From the NCBI GenBank assembly GCA_002633005.1, contig NMRA01000679.1, positions 127,801-191,800 of the forward strand: a stretch of DNA of 64,000 nt, read 5' to 3'. Positions 52,993 through 64,000 of the stretch are shown here, in pieces (the stretch's first letter is position 1; each line of letters opens with the position of its first letter). A program made the translations under genes and the position numbers. This stretch comes from Phoronis australis (lineage: Eukaryota > Animalia > Phoronida). The notes under the pieces are model-generated. The model searched no databases. It was not told the DNA's origin and saw nothing but the letters and a program-made list of their open reading frames with translations.

Positions 52993-53379
52993 CACTACAT
53001 ACAAAAACTTTTCATTGAAGATTAGTCTTCAGGAACTATCTATTCATGAAACAGGTAGCATAGCATCAGCAAGAAATAAATACTGGCATTTATTTCCAAA
53101 AGTTTCTAATACCGTAAAAAACGGTTATTACGATTAATTTAATAATTCCTCCTAAAAATAACGCAACCGTTTTTCATCAACAGGCGTGATTTTCCATAAC
53201 TCCCTCAAAATGGCACCCAATGAGGAAAGCTTGTCTGAGTGAATAACAGATTTTTATGGATGGACAATTCCATGAAAAGGTCAACCTCGAGACAAAAAAT
53301 TAAAATTGTGGCTACACTAACATTTCTCATCTCATCTGAAAGCCCATTCTCTCTAGTTTCAGGACCCATATTTGACTGC

Positions 53380-53694
53380 CCCTCAATTTTTACCACCAAC
53401 AATATTATTTACCTAATAACATGTAAAAAATGTTCTATCCAATACGTAGGACAAACTCAACATAATCTAAAAACTCGGTTTCGTAATCATAGATTTAACA
53501 TAATACATTAGAACATTTCTGATACTATAGGTAATCATTTCAATTCCAAAAACCATAATATTCAAGATCTTTTTGTACAAATAATATAAAAACTCCAACA
53601 ACCCAGTACCCCTCACAGACTCAAAAGAGAACAATATTGGATAAACAAACTCAATACACTAGAACCTCATGGATTTAACATAAAAATTTCTTAA
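53380..53694 (+). pseudogene. Penelope-like element GIY-YIG endonuclease, with in-frame stops
   Basis: NIIYLITCKKCSIQYVGQTQHNLKTRFRNH...GNHFNSKNH...RLKREQYWINKLNTLEPHGFN is the PLE GIY-YIG domain. Confidence 0.85.
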
Positions 53695-54204
53695 ATTATA
53701 TCTGAATTTTTACGCAAAAATGTATCATATTCATTACACCATATCTTAAATGTCAATTGTCATAGTGTTTGATTTTACTTGATTTCTGTTTCTGTTGACA
53801 TAGGACGTTATTACATCCGAAAATTTCAGTTGACCACATTATAAAATGTAAATAAAACAAAGGGTTAATTTAATTAACTTATTGTTTTTCTGTTGGTACC
53901 CCGTGTTAGTTAAAGAAATGCTTAGCTTTTGGGAAATTCAAGATACAAAAATATTCATACAAAAGAAATCCCAAGGTGCTCTAGAGTATACGCAAATAAC
54001 AAGAGACCTAAAGGAATACATGTCAAGTTATTGTAGTTGGAATCAACATGTTATTTCTGCTCCGACCTGCTATGCTGTTTTGTGTTGAAAAAGCCGATAC
54101 CGGGAATTTTGAAGCAGTCAGGAATCTGTCACCTACTTTAGTGAGCATTTTTGTCACACCCTCACTATCTGTAGGCACTCTTTCTGTGTTTTTAGTGTAT
54201 TGGG

Positions 54205-54450
54205 TCATTGGGTGGCTTGTATAAAATTATTTCTTAGCAAATATTTGAATGACAGACGGGATTCTTAGCATCAGAGTCAAAGAATACTGCAGACACACAC
54301 AATGCTGTTCTCAATCATTCCTTGACAACTGGTCACATTATAGATTGCTCTGGTGTTCAATCATCCTAGACAAGGATAATGCCACCCTCACGCTCCTCAT
54401 AAAGGAGGCTTAATGCATATGAATCAAAATCACATTTATGCATGGGATTT
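54205..54450 (+). pseudogene. Second, more decayed Penelope GIY-YIG remnant
   Basis: GGLYKII...LSIRVKEY...NAVLNHSLTTGHIID...ILDKD...LLIKEA across frameshifts. Confidence 0.55.
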
Positions 54451-56099
54451 ACAAAAATATGTCCTGTTTCAACAGAATTTAGCTGAGAGTGCAAGGTCAA
54501 TGGGATGGGCACTTTACATCGAAAGAAATAGAAGATTCATAATAGGGCACTACCACCAGAAAACTGTACCAAACTGCTTTGTGTAGCAGTATGTCCACAA
54601 ATATATGGTAGTTAAATCTTCACTGATGTCAATGTAGCTGGTTGAACATGCCTTTCAATTCAGAAAAGTCGCCATGTTGTCCAGCATGAATTGTGAACAC
54701 TTGACCCACCAAATAAGTTACACCTGGGTGATTAATTCTGGTGTTAACTCTTGGATTGTACAGAATGTTAGGTAAGGATTCGTGTTACTTACCACTAGAG
54801 TATTTGTAAAAATAACTTTTACATACTTTACATCTGTAACCTAAGCTGTTGACGTCACAAGATGGCCGATCTAACCGAAATAAAGTCAAAATTTGGCACA
54901 TAAATAGCGATAACTTTTGAATTCACTATGCGATTTTGATAATCTTTTTCATTTTTGTGTTCCAGACATCAACACCCATTTTTTGTGATGTAGGCTTTTG
55001 TCTTCAAACCAAAAAGACAACAACTTCATACAGTCTCGAACCCTTAATTCAAAAGAATTTTTTGTAAATAAAAGCTAAATTACAAATTATTCAAGCCAGC
55101 CTAAAAAGTGTCTCTAAGGCTGCCAACCGTTTTGGGTATTGGCACCAGGCAATTTGAACATCATCACTTGCGCCTGCGTAATCTCTGACCCATGGTCAGT
55201 TACAAACACTCAATGCCAAGTGAAATGTCAGACAGCATTATTTACTTTGAAACCATTTTAAAAGCAATGAAGTTACACAAACTTTCGTGCTTGTAGAATA
55301 CGTAACATTGGAGCATTTTTTAGAACAAAAAATGAAAAAGCCCATTCACGAGATTTTTTAAATTTGTTCACATATCCATGATCTATCCAAAAACATATAT
55401 TTCAATGTCCACAGGCCTAAAGACAGGCTTGTAGAAGCACTTGAGTGACACGCACTACAAGGAAGTGCTTTCGAATTTATCTCCCGTCACGAGATGAATA
55501 CAGTGAAATCATTAATATCAATTTTATTAATTTTATTTGATAGTCCTCATATCCTGACCATTATGTGTTTTCTGTCATTGCATGCAATATACAAAGGCAA
55601 CACGTAGCACCTTGGTTGTCCGGTTAGGGGCTACAATGCTTTTCATGGATTTCTGAACGAATTTCGTCTTGTGCATTTTAAACGCACAGTAGGCGAAATC
55701 CACTCACTGACTAAGAGTTTTCACCATGTCAAAAATACATTCTACACTTAAAATTATGACTTAATTACACATGAAGTATAGCTATGCCAATTAAGGTAAC
55801 TTTGGCAAAGAATTCAAACTTCACTTTTTGGTCATCGTTAACTTTTTCACCAAGCGCACGGTATTTCAACTGGGTCACGTGAGTTAGGCAAAAGCTAGCG
55901 TGAGACTGAGCGAAGCACGCGACAGTCTGGCGCATGACACACGCCAAATAGCATGGGAAGGTATGAGGTGAAATTTGTAAGATTTGTGTCCCTAATGGAC
56001 TTTTTATTCGTCAACATGCGTGATTTCACAGAACTTCCTCAAAATCGCATCTAGCAAAAGAAACTAGAGCAAACCGCGACAAATTTTCATGAATTACGG

Positions 56100-57640
56100 C
56101 GTTTTCCCCATTCTATAGCCCAACAACAAGTTAGGAAGATGACCCCTGTAGCCAATATCTTACACGACTGACTAACTCCAAACTTTCATTTAGGGTTAGA
56201 GGGCCAGCTCTCTTTTGTTCGATAATTGCCCTAATTTCAAATCAGATCGTATCTAGCCTGACTGGGCTGTGCTGTTAAAAACAAAAGTTAAGTTCTAACA
56301 TATTTCATGATGGCGTTCTGTCGTTCTGTAACTTTTCCAGACGTGAGGGGTGCTGAGCGTGCGATAACATCTGGCTCCTTTGTTAACTGCCCACAGTCTT
56401 TTGTCCCGTATGATAACAAGAAGAAAATTATCTCCCAGGCTTCAAAGGGTTACTAAACATGGTAGAACTGCTCTCAACACCGGGTAGAGGTTTTCACCAA
56501 CAGTGAATAAAAAATGGTAACCGAGGTGTCGTGTTTTCTCCGTTTGTTAATAAGCATTTCATTGGCATTTGGACTTGTTCCACAAAAGATTTATCTTCAT
56601 TTTCGAGTGAACACTAGCAAGCCTAATTACAACGAGAAGTTGAGGAGCTCTCAAACTGTGTTACATAGTAAAGCCGCTCATTTTGGAAGTTTTGACGTGC
56701 GGTTTTGAAGACCACTCGTTCTGGATTTACCCCGACCCAAAAATGTATACGCACCCCTGAGGAACGGATCCCAGCGGCCTGTTATATTAATAAAGTCGAA
56801 CGCTCGGCGTAGCTGACCCTATAAGCATCAACGCCAGCGCCTTTATGAGAATAACAGTGGGTATACCAGTACTGTGTGATTCATTTTTCTTAACACTTCA
56901 AAATCTTATTTGTGTACCATTTGCACAAACTCAAATGAGAGACCTCATTTCATTACAGCAGACTTTTGGTACTTAAGTTATGGGAACCAGTAGTCAAAAT
57001 TGCAGATTCTGTGGTTGCACGCTATTACCGAACGCGCATGAACACATGCAGCCAAACCCAGTGCGTTGGTAATCTTAACTTCTGTTGTAGTTGGGCGATT
57101 TTGGTGATTCAAAAACTAAACATGATCAGCATTTGACAAGGAACTCAGAAATGCTATTGGTGTATGTTCAAATATGTAAAACATAGCTTTCAGTTTTAGC
57201 AGCACAGCCCATGCAGTCAGGCTAGATACGATCTGATCGGAGATTAGAGCAATTATCAAAAAAAAGAGAGCTGGCCCTCCAACCATAAATGCCAGAACGG
57301 AAGTTAATCAGTCGTGTAAGATATTGGCTACAGGGGTCATCTAATTCCCAACTTGTTGTTGGACTATAGAATTGACCAACAGGAAAATGCTGTAATGTGA
57401 ACATAAATCAATAGCATTTCAAAATTCCACGTCAAATGCTGATCATATTTAGTTTTTGAATCGCCAACATTGCCCAACTGCAACCGAAGCAACGACAATA
57501 TTCTTTTGGAATGTAGCTCTGGTGTTGACTGTTCACCTGTGGTCTGTAATAAGCCTGATAGATAATTGGCCTGCCTGTTGTCATAGCAGACAAAAGACTG
57601 TGCTTGGCAGTTAACAAAGGAGCTAGTTACGAAATCGTGA
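56100..57640. repeat. Complex long inverted repeat cluster
   Basis: 56110-56282 vs 57190-57375, 56365-56420 vs 57573-57630 and 57080-57170 vs 57400-57490 are each reverse-complement pairs. Confidence 0.75.
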
Positions 57641-58370
57641 CAAATGGGCAGTTGCCGTTCATCCGAAACTTATCCATATCATCCTAGACCTTCAATTTGC
57701 AGGGGAGTTGCTCCGGACGGGCTTTTTTGGAAGATTTTTGTGCTTTGACTGGGAATTTCTTGCGAACTGGGTGAAGCAGGACACCGTCAATGGTATTGGG
57801 AGAAAGAACAATTCTTCATGGTTTGTTGAACCTCTGTTTTGTGTAAATCGATTGAGTTTTGTGTTTGCTATGGATGGCTAAAGTGAAGCACCCGTGGAAT
57901 TTCTAGTCGGGAGTGTCATACCTTGTAATATTATTATAGTGTATTGGGGACGATCAGAAGCTGAGGACGCCTGGTGTCCAGAGTCAAGGTATTTGTGTTA
58001 ACTAATAACTCTATATTCCTGCATATATATAAATGGTTCATTTGATTTTATTTGCTGTACTGTCGCCCCTGTATGCCTGTGGCATCCAGGGCAATGTAAT
58101 TGCAATGCCTAGCAATATACATGTACCTGTTTTATATCAGTATTAGAAATTTGCTGCTTTTGGTTTGCAAAAACTTGTCATTTTGTTTGTAAACCCTTGA
58201 AGGCCTATAGGTAAATTCTAAGAGGTCAATAAGTGCAAAATTGGTGATTTATATCAGAGCCACATCATGATCACATACACAAAGAGCTGAATCTGGAAGT
58301 GATTTTTTGATTTCTTTTCTCGTAGAATGGCTCTTAATTTAGTAAAACAAGCAAAAAATGGACAGACTAC

Positions 58371-58527
58371 CTGACTTTGTGGTTTTTGTTGGGGGACCAG
58401 TTGTCTTTTTACCAGTTGTCGAAGACTTGGAAGCTGTGCCTGTGGTAGACGTTTTGGCTTTCGCAACCGCTTTTGCAACAGGTTGTTTAGCACTTGGCTT
58501 GCCTGGAGACGGCTTCTTGGGCGGCAT
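58371..58527 (-). CDS. IQANK1: IQANK1-like coding exon 1 (MPPKKPSPGK...TKTTKS), basic K/P/A/T/S-rich N-terminus
   Basis: ATG at 58527; donor CAG|GTAGT at 58370; 157 nt, phase 1, compatible with exon 2. Confidence 0.8.
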
Positions 58528-58882
58528 ACTAAAGCAGGCAGTTCGAACTAATTCTTCATGAACACACGATCAAAATGCTGGATCGCAATATCCAATTTTA
58601 CGAGAAAATGGCAATGCTCGGTGTAAAATTGTAAAAACAGTTTACGTTGACAGGTACCCGGCCATATTTAAACAATCTCTGCTCGTTCGGATAAATCCAA
58701 CCGTTTGGCCGTCCGGAACCATACGGGTCACTCCGGCTATTTCCGTAACCTCTAGTTTGAGGTGTTCCTGTTTCAGTGAGCTTTTCCGGCGGATGCAGAG
58801 TCGCCGGGTAGGATGCAGAATGGTGAATATTGACCAAAACCCTTTTGCCAGAGACCATAGAGACCACAGATATCTTATACCC

Positions 58883-59136
58883 TGTGATGTTTCTCTTTCT
58901 TTTCAGAGTATGGGTTTACAGTAAAGGAAATATCTAATTTCTACATGGTCAGTCCCCGTACTATCAATTACCGCTTATGTAGAATGCCTACCTGAACAAT
59001 AACCACAGCACCAGCTTGAAACGTCCGATCAGACTCAAGAGAGTAGACCCGGAGTGGCCACTCAACCAAACAATAAACCACAACCGAGGCCATGCACTCG
59101 GTCAGCATCGGAGAAGTCCGTAAATATTACCCACCA
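58883..59136 (-). repeat. Putative 3' LTR (about 254 bp)
   Basis: Begins TG just after the G-tract PPT and ends CATCACA. The 5' LTR is outside the window, so the boundaries are unconfirmed. Confidence 0.45.
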
Positions 59137-59202
59137 TACCCCCCCCCNCCCCCCCCCCCATAGCTGCATAGGCACTCCAAAACAAAACAATAACCTTTTT
59201 AC

Positions 59203-59260
59203 AAAATAATAATTCTCATCTCAAAATAATAAATCTCATCTCAAAATAATAACTCTCATG
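59203..59260. repeat. 20-bp tandem repeat x3 in the retroelement 3' UTR
   Basis: AAAATAATAANTCTCATCTC three times, last copy partial. Confidence 0.8.
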
Positions 59261-59439
59261 TAATAATCCAAATCAACATATATACAGAAAACAAACCACC
59301 ACAGTCATCACCACGCCTTACTCCCTCCCAGCCTGTACGCCCCATCCCTCATCCCACTGCTACCGCCACAAACCCCGACTCTCCTCCCCTCCCGATCCAC
59401 GAATCCATGCCCCGCCCTGAGTTCTATAAAAAGGCCTCA

Positions 59440-60072
59440 TATATCCCTCAACAAATCCCATAACTGTCCCACAGAAAGCCTCCTCATCAATCCCTCAACC
59501 CGGCCCTTTCCAAGACAACAAAACCGCTTGTGATCTCCTCCATCACCTACCCCTCGGCACCGCCCATCCTAACTCTCTACAAACCCTCACAACCTCCCTA
59601 AAATCCGCATCCCCCAACTCTCCAAAATCCCGGCCCTCCATTTTCCACATGTCCTAATCACCGCCAAATCCCCACTTTCCACCAACACCTCCCCCAACTG
59701 ACGAACCAACTTCAAAACAAAACCCGATTCCCTCCTATATACACACCTCGGCAAATGCCAAAAGCGAACATGTGCCCCAATATCCTCCCCAACAAAACAA
59801 CATCCAGCCCACTGACACGCCTCTGTCCAAACCAACTTCCTCCCCGTAAACCACTCCTCAACCTCCCCCAGCAAACCCACCAAACCTTCAGCCTTCACCT
59901 CCCACTCACTGTTCCCCATTCTCCGAGTCAACGTCCTGAACCTCACCACCAACCTTCTTGCCATCTCCCGCCCCGGGTCCCCTTCAACTAGCCTCGAAAT
60001 CACCTTAAATGGTTCGACTAACTGCTCCCTCCTCAAAGCTGCCGTCAACTCTTCGACCACACGTTGAGCCAT
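59440..60072 (-). pseudogene. Extra ORF downstream of pol, unknown function, C2H2-like motif; degenerate 3' part
   Basis: ATG at 60072, open to 59587 (MAQRVVEELT...CQWAGCCFVGEDIGAHVRFWHLP...); apparent frameshifted continuation VCRELGWAVP...AVLLSW...LMRRLSVGQLWDLLRDI. Confidence 0.6.
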
Positions 60073-60073
60073 C

Positions 60074-63000
60074 CTACAAATAATCATAACCATCATTACG
60101 GCATATAGGACAGATATAATCTTCCATATCACGCAACTCCTATTCATTAGCTCCAATATACCGGGCATGAAACCACTCGGAACATCCATCACACTGTACA
60201 ATTGAAGTCCCATCATTGGGTTCTCTACAAATGCAATACAATTTACCTGTAACCCTTCCATCTGCCCACCTAGCCATAACTTCTGAATCGTCCCTTACCT
60301 TTTTTACCCACCAAGGTAACTTGCACTCTAGCCATTTACACTTTTTTATTCTATAATGATTAACCACTACCGCTCTATCCCTGGTCTTTACCCGAAACAC
60401 ATAATCTGACAATTTAGTCACAATAATAGCCGGCCCATTCCAACATGGCATCAACTTTTTACACAACCTAGGATCTTTACAAACTCTCTCATCCAACAAC
60501 ATCACCACTTCCCCTACCAGGAAACCCAATCTGTTAGTACTAAGGTCGTAGTCTCTCTTCATAATCCCCTGACTAGCTTTGAGAGCATTCCTAGCAATCT
60601 CATGTACCTCACTCAGAACCGTCCCCAACTTAGTCACATAATCCACCTCACTCATTCTTCTCTCACCATCCAACACCGACGACTCCGGAAACACTAAATC
60701 AGCCGGGGAACTTACATCACGCCCCAACATCAACATGTTCGCGTAAACCCCGTGCTCCTGTTGACAGACGCTCTCATCGCACCAGCTAATTGGGGTAAAA
60801 ATAAATCACAGTCCCCTTGATGCTTATCAACATAACATCTAAGCGCATCCATCAGTGTTCTGTTAAATCGCTCCACCTGACCATTACAAGATGGCCGATA
60901 TGCAGTCGTCCGACTCTTATGAATGTGCAACAATTCACATATAGACTTGAACAACGTATTCTCGAAATTAGCCCCTTGATCACTCATAATATTCAAAGGG
61001 AATCCAAAGCGACTAAAAAACTCATTAACTGCAGCCCTAGCTGTCACCTCGACCGACTGAGATGGCAACGGCACACATTCAACCCACTTCGTAAATTGAT
61101 CCACCAACATTAACACATATTCATTCCCTCTCTCCGTCCTGCTTAAAGGCCCTAAAAATCAACAAGCACTCTCTCCATAGGAACACCAGCATGAAACTGA
61201 GTCATCGGAGCCTTGGCCTTTCTGCTCGCTTTTTCCCCAGACTACACTGAACACATTCCTCCACATACTTCCGAACATCATTGCTCATCCCATACCACGT
61301 ATATCTTTCCTTAATCTTAGCCAACGTCCTCACTACCCCCTGATGCCCAGCCAATGGAACATCATGATACAAACGCAACACCTGACCTTTTGATGCCTCT
61401 GGAATCACTATTACCAGTTCCCCCTTCTTATTCCTCTTCATTAACAATCCTCGTATAACCTGATATCTATCCTTATCAACCAAAAGTTTCTTTTCGTCTC
61501 TACTCAGCAGAAACATATCCCCTTTGTCCAACGTCGTACCTTGTAATAACCACTCCCTAAGATTCCTCAATCCAATATCCTTTTCTTGTTCTACTATTAA
61601 GCACCCTTCCTAAATATTGTCAAGCACCGAGTTATTATTCACTTGAGCATTTTGTCTCGCCATCGTATACTCATTACCTCCATTTCCTACCCGAAACACT
61701 TCATAATCTTCCATACACTCAATACATAACCCCGACCACTCACCTTCAACCTCTCCGACTTCCCGAACCTTGGTAGATCCCGACCTACTAGCCAAAGGCA
61801 CTACATCATTAACTTGCGACTCAAAGTTAGCCCATTTCTGACTCGCTCTCACACAATACCTACAGCCTCCACACGGCAAATCCTTGACATCGACCTCCGC
61901 CTGATAATATCCACATTTATCTTCTTCCACAAATCTAGACAAAACATCCGCATTCACATGAGCCTTACCTGACCGATATATAATTTCAAAATCATATTGG
62001 CTCAATTCTTCTATCCAACTTGCCAACTGATCCCTCGGTTCCTTAAAATTCAAAAGCCACACAAAACTATTATGATCAGTCCTTACCGTAAAACACTTCC
62101 CCCAATAAGTAATGTCGAAACTGTCTCACAAACTTAAGAACAGCCAACAACTCTTTCCGTGTAGTACAATATCTCTTCTGCTCCTTAGTTAACGCCGCAC
62201 TTCCATATGCAATTACTCTTTCCATCCCTCCTTCAACCTGAATCAGTTCACCCCCCACCGCGTAATTGGATGCATCAACATCAAGAACAAACTGATCCTC
62301 ACGATTTGGCAAAGATAATACTGGTGGTGACGTTAACTCTTTCTTCAACATATCAAAAGCCTCCTACTGAATACCACTCCACACATACTTCTGTTTCCCA
62401 GTTATCAAGTATAAAGGAGCTGCCATCTCTGCAAAATTCTTGATAAACATTCTATGATAATTACAAAAGCCCAAAAATTTTTCCACGTCTTTGGTAGTCT
62501 CAGGTTTCTTCCACTCCTGTACCGAAGCTACATGCTCTTCACCCACAAACAGCTCATTCGCTCTAACCTGCCGACCCAAAAAAGTAACCTGTCCCTTAAA
62601 CAGCTCGCATTTCCTAGGCTTTAGACGAAGTCCATATTTTCTAAACCTTTCCAACACTAACTTAAGATTAGACAAATGATCATCCATCGACGAGCCTACT
62701 ACTAAAACATCATCCAAGAACGCGATCACCTTCTCCCACAAAAGACCATCCAACACCAAAGACATGCTCCGAGAGTATGTCGCCCCACTATTCTTCAATC
62801 CAAAGGGCATCCGAACAAACCCTCTTTAGTCAAAAAGGCAGTCTTGTGTTCATCCCCCTCCTTAACTTTTACCTGATAGTACGCCGAATTAGCATCCAAT
62901 TTACTATACAAACTACTTCCTGCCATCGAATCAATACATTCCTCAATCAGCGGAAGAGGGGTAGTATCCCTCTTAGTCACTTTATTCAATTCCCTATAAT

Positions 63001-64000
63001 CGACCGCATACCTAATCGACCCATCTCTTTTCCTAACAATAACTGGAGCACTCGCATACTCCGAAACTGACCTCCTAATCATTCCCGCCTCCAACATCTT
63101 TTTCAAATGTGCTCTTTCTTCATCCACAAACTCTATAGGAGTCCGTCTCATCCTTAACTTAACAGGCCTGGAATCTCCCACATCTTTCTCATGTTTAATA
63201 GCTTCAAAGCTTCAAATCAAAATCACCCTTGGCAAAAACGTCTTGATACTCTACTAATAGCTCTTTCACCTTTAATGCGTTTTCCTCCGACATATCTACC
63301 ACAGACCGGGCATACAATTCTCTAATATGCTCCGGAACACCCTCCTTATCAACCTGAACCTCCACTTGACACACCTCCACGTGGTCATCAACCTCACCCC
63401 CGACCATCGCAACCACTTCATTGGCTCTCACCACTTTAGATACATTAGCAAAATTAACTATATGTACCCATACTTTACCAGCTTCGACCACACAAAGTTC
63501 CTGTCTCACCATCACCCTGACTCTTTGACTGGCCGAATACATCCTCTACCATTATACCCCTTCGTTTTACCACAAATCGCCTTAACCGACATGGGAGGAA
63601 TCACCACCCGCTTAACTGAACAAACCACCTCCTCTTCAACAGTCCGTTCCACACCCCCATGCCCCTTAAATATCCGACAAGAATGCCTCCCATCTTTCAC
63701 AACTAACTTCTTGAAGTCCAAAATTAAACCATTCCTTCTGATCACATCCAACCCCAAAAGCATATCATCCTCAATCGGCGCTACATATAACCTACTACCG
63801 TATACCTTACTACCCATGTGCAGGGATACCATCTCTGTCACATACCCTCCCATATCCAAATCTCTCCCAGCCGTACTCATTTTAAGCGCTTTAACAATCT
63901 TACGTTTACAAGGCAACGAGTTGTACAACTTATCAGACACCACCGTAACCTGAGCGCCACAATCCAATTCTGCCTGACACTTCTTGCCTCCCACCACCAC
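60074..64000 (-). pseudogene. pol of second Gypsy element, fragmented by frameshifts and stops, ending in a PHD finger
   Basis: Successive ORF-track fragments from 63512-64000 to 60140-60736 cover PR, RT, RH and IN; reading through TAG at 60142 gives ELRDMEDYICPICR to a stop at 60076-60074. Confidence 0.9.

Larger units (their letters stand above)
1205..58527 (-). other. IQANK1: Multi-exon gene locus: IQ motif and ankyrin repeat domain-containing protein 1-like; 13 coding exons in window, terminal exon beyond left edge
   Basis: 13 exons join in frame with GT-AG boundaries and matching intron phases (1,0,0,1,0,0,2,0,0,1,2,2,2). The spliced product has an IQ motif, coiled coil, ankyrin repeats, a second coiled coil and C-terminal WPxVID / DTNYLNAL / RLAILGAIRFGKP motifs that I recognise from IQANK1-type proteins. 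Confidence 0.88.
58883..64000 (-). mobile_element. Ty3/Gypsy LTR retrotransposon (3' part): PR-RT-RH-IN-PHD, extra ORF, PPT, putative 3' LTR
   Basis: Protease LDCGA; RT MPFGLKNSGAT...FLDD; RH DVDASN...KELLAV; IN HD..LAGHQG..CVQC, SDQG, ERFN. Poly-G PPT at 59139-59159 (minus) then TG...CA segment 59136-58883. Confidence 0.9.

Noticed and set aside
57700-58115. Possible PPT (AGGGGAG) plus TGCT...AGCA LTR
   Set aside because: No adjacent pol remnant or second copy to confirm boundaries.
59139-59159. Long poly-C/G tract as a G-quadruplex element
   Set aside because: It contains an ambiguous base (N at 59148), its length may be an assembly artefact, and it is already explained as the polypurine tract.
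60073-60261. N-terminal 63 residues of the 224-aa ORF-track entry 59587..60261
   Set aside because: It is an alternative frame overlapping the PHD-coding end of pol; the credible start is the ATG at 60072.
63327-63953. 208-aa plus-strand ORF
   Set aside because: Antisense shadow of the retroelement protease region, favoured by strand compositional bias; no recognisable motif.

Overview
Eukaryotic (invertebrate-type, AT-rich) genomic DNA. The window is dominated by one minus-strand multi-exon gene. I reconstructed 13 phase-consistent GT-AG coding exons (58527 down to 1205, 1607 nt, about 535 codons; the last exon lies beyond the left edge). They encode an IQ-motif + ankyrin-repeat + coiled-coil protein matching the IQANK1 architecture. 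Its introns are packed with mobile DNA: a complete but decayed Ty3/Gypsy LTR element (217-bp LTRs, 5-bp TSD, tRNA-Ser-type PBS), TTAA-flanked Kolobok-like derivatives with THAP remnants, CCGTA-TIR elements carrying a HIRAN-like cargo, three Helentron-associated (HINE/DINE-like) tandem-repeat families, Penelope GIY-YIG and hammerhead remnants, and LINE fragments. Just upstream of the gene is a second Gypsy element with an unusual 3' end. Its integrase ends in a PHD finger and is followed one base later by an extra non-env ORF with a C2H2-like motif; this is the most unusual system here. A second notable signal is a HINE family whose ~140-160 bp subunits each carry a same-orientation CTCF-consensus-like motif. 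All calls come from manual reading and translation; no database searches were run.
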